A stretch of 64,000 nucleotides of DNA from a virus. The DNA is taken from IMG/VR virus record IMGVR_UViG_3300032431_000003, positions 1 to 64,000 of that record, one strand, 5' to 3'. Both the position numbers and the translations under genes were made by a program. Positions 64,000 through 64,000 of the stretch are shown here, piece by piece. How positions within the stretch are numbered: the first letter of the stretch is position 1; each line of letters starts with the position of its first letter. The notes beneath the pieces were generated by a model. That model was not told where the DNA came from, made no database searches, and saw only the letters and a program-made list of their open reading frames with translations.

Positions 64000-64000
64000 T

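Larger units (their letters stand above)
1..64000. mobile_element. Tailed dsDNA bacteriophage genome segment (probable siphovirus, probable cyanobacterial host)
   Basis: Portal, prohead protease, scaffold, major capsid, tail tube, chaperone frameshift, tape measure, SSB, RusA, ThyX, Dcd; no host housekeeping operons; no sheath gene recognised. Confidence 0.93.

Noticed and set aside
1-64000. tRNA genes, integrase/att sites, tail sheath, full terminase, endolysin
   Set aside because: None recognised by eye; intergenic gaps are short. They may lie outside the window or be too diverged, so tRNAscan and HMM searches are needed

Overview
The whole window reads as part of a tailed dsDNA phage genome, probably a long-tailed siphovirus. 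The host is inferred to be a cyanobacterium from cyanobacterial-type DUF5895, antirepressor-like and Cph1/Rcp1-like genes. Bases 1-14.8 kb hold a plus-strand early/middle region of small, heavily tandem-duplicated genes plus ssb, an RNase H-like exonuclease and rusA. From 14.8 to 64 kb a minus-strand virion module (Mu-like protease, scaffold, decoration, major capsid, adaptor, tail tube, -1 frameshifted chaperone, 2606-aa tape measure, tail/fibre proteins) is interrupted by plus-strand islands: a GT2 gene; DNA-binding genes; portal-thyX-dcd; and XRE-histidine kinase-two receiver proteins. The strongest candidate for a new system is an array of small, very Arg/Lys-rich, often glycine-zipper proteins in the head module. 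Six share a DNA-conserved acidic leader ending in A-E/N-F (e.g. MAYTLLDAAYEMYYPEAEF), and four more head-region basic proteins carry only a short leader ending the same way. The same x-[E/N/D]-F motif recurs at domain boundaries of the protease and scaffold, suggesting a modular capsid-targeting, protease-cleaved cargo system. Also notable: a phage-encoded two-component system ending in a receiver-coiled-coil-TM protein, two divergent gene pairs whose start codons share one CATG, and 'ghost gene' junctions. No terminase, integrase, polymerase, lysin, tRNA or CRISPR was recognised. All family assignments are from motif recognition by eye, not database searches.
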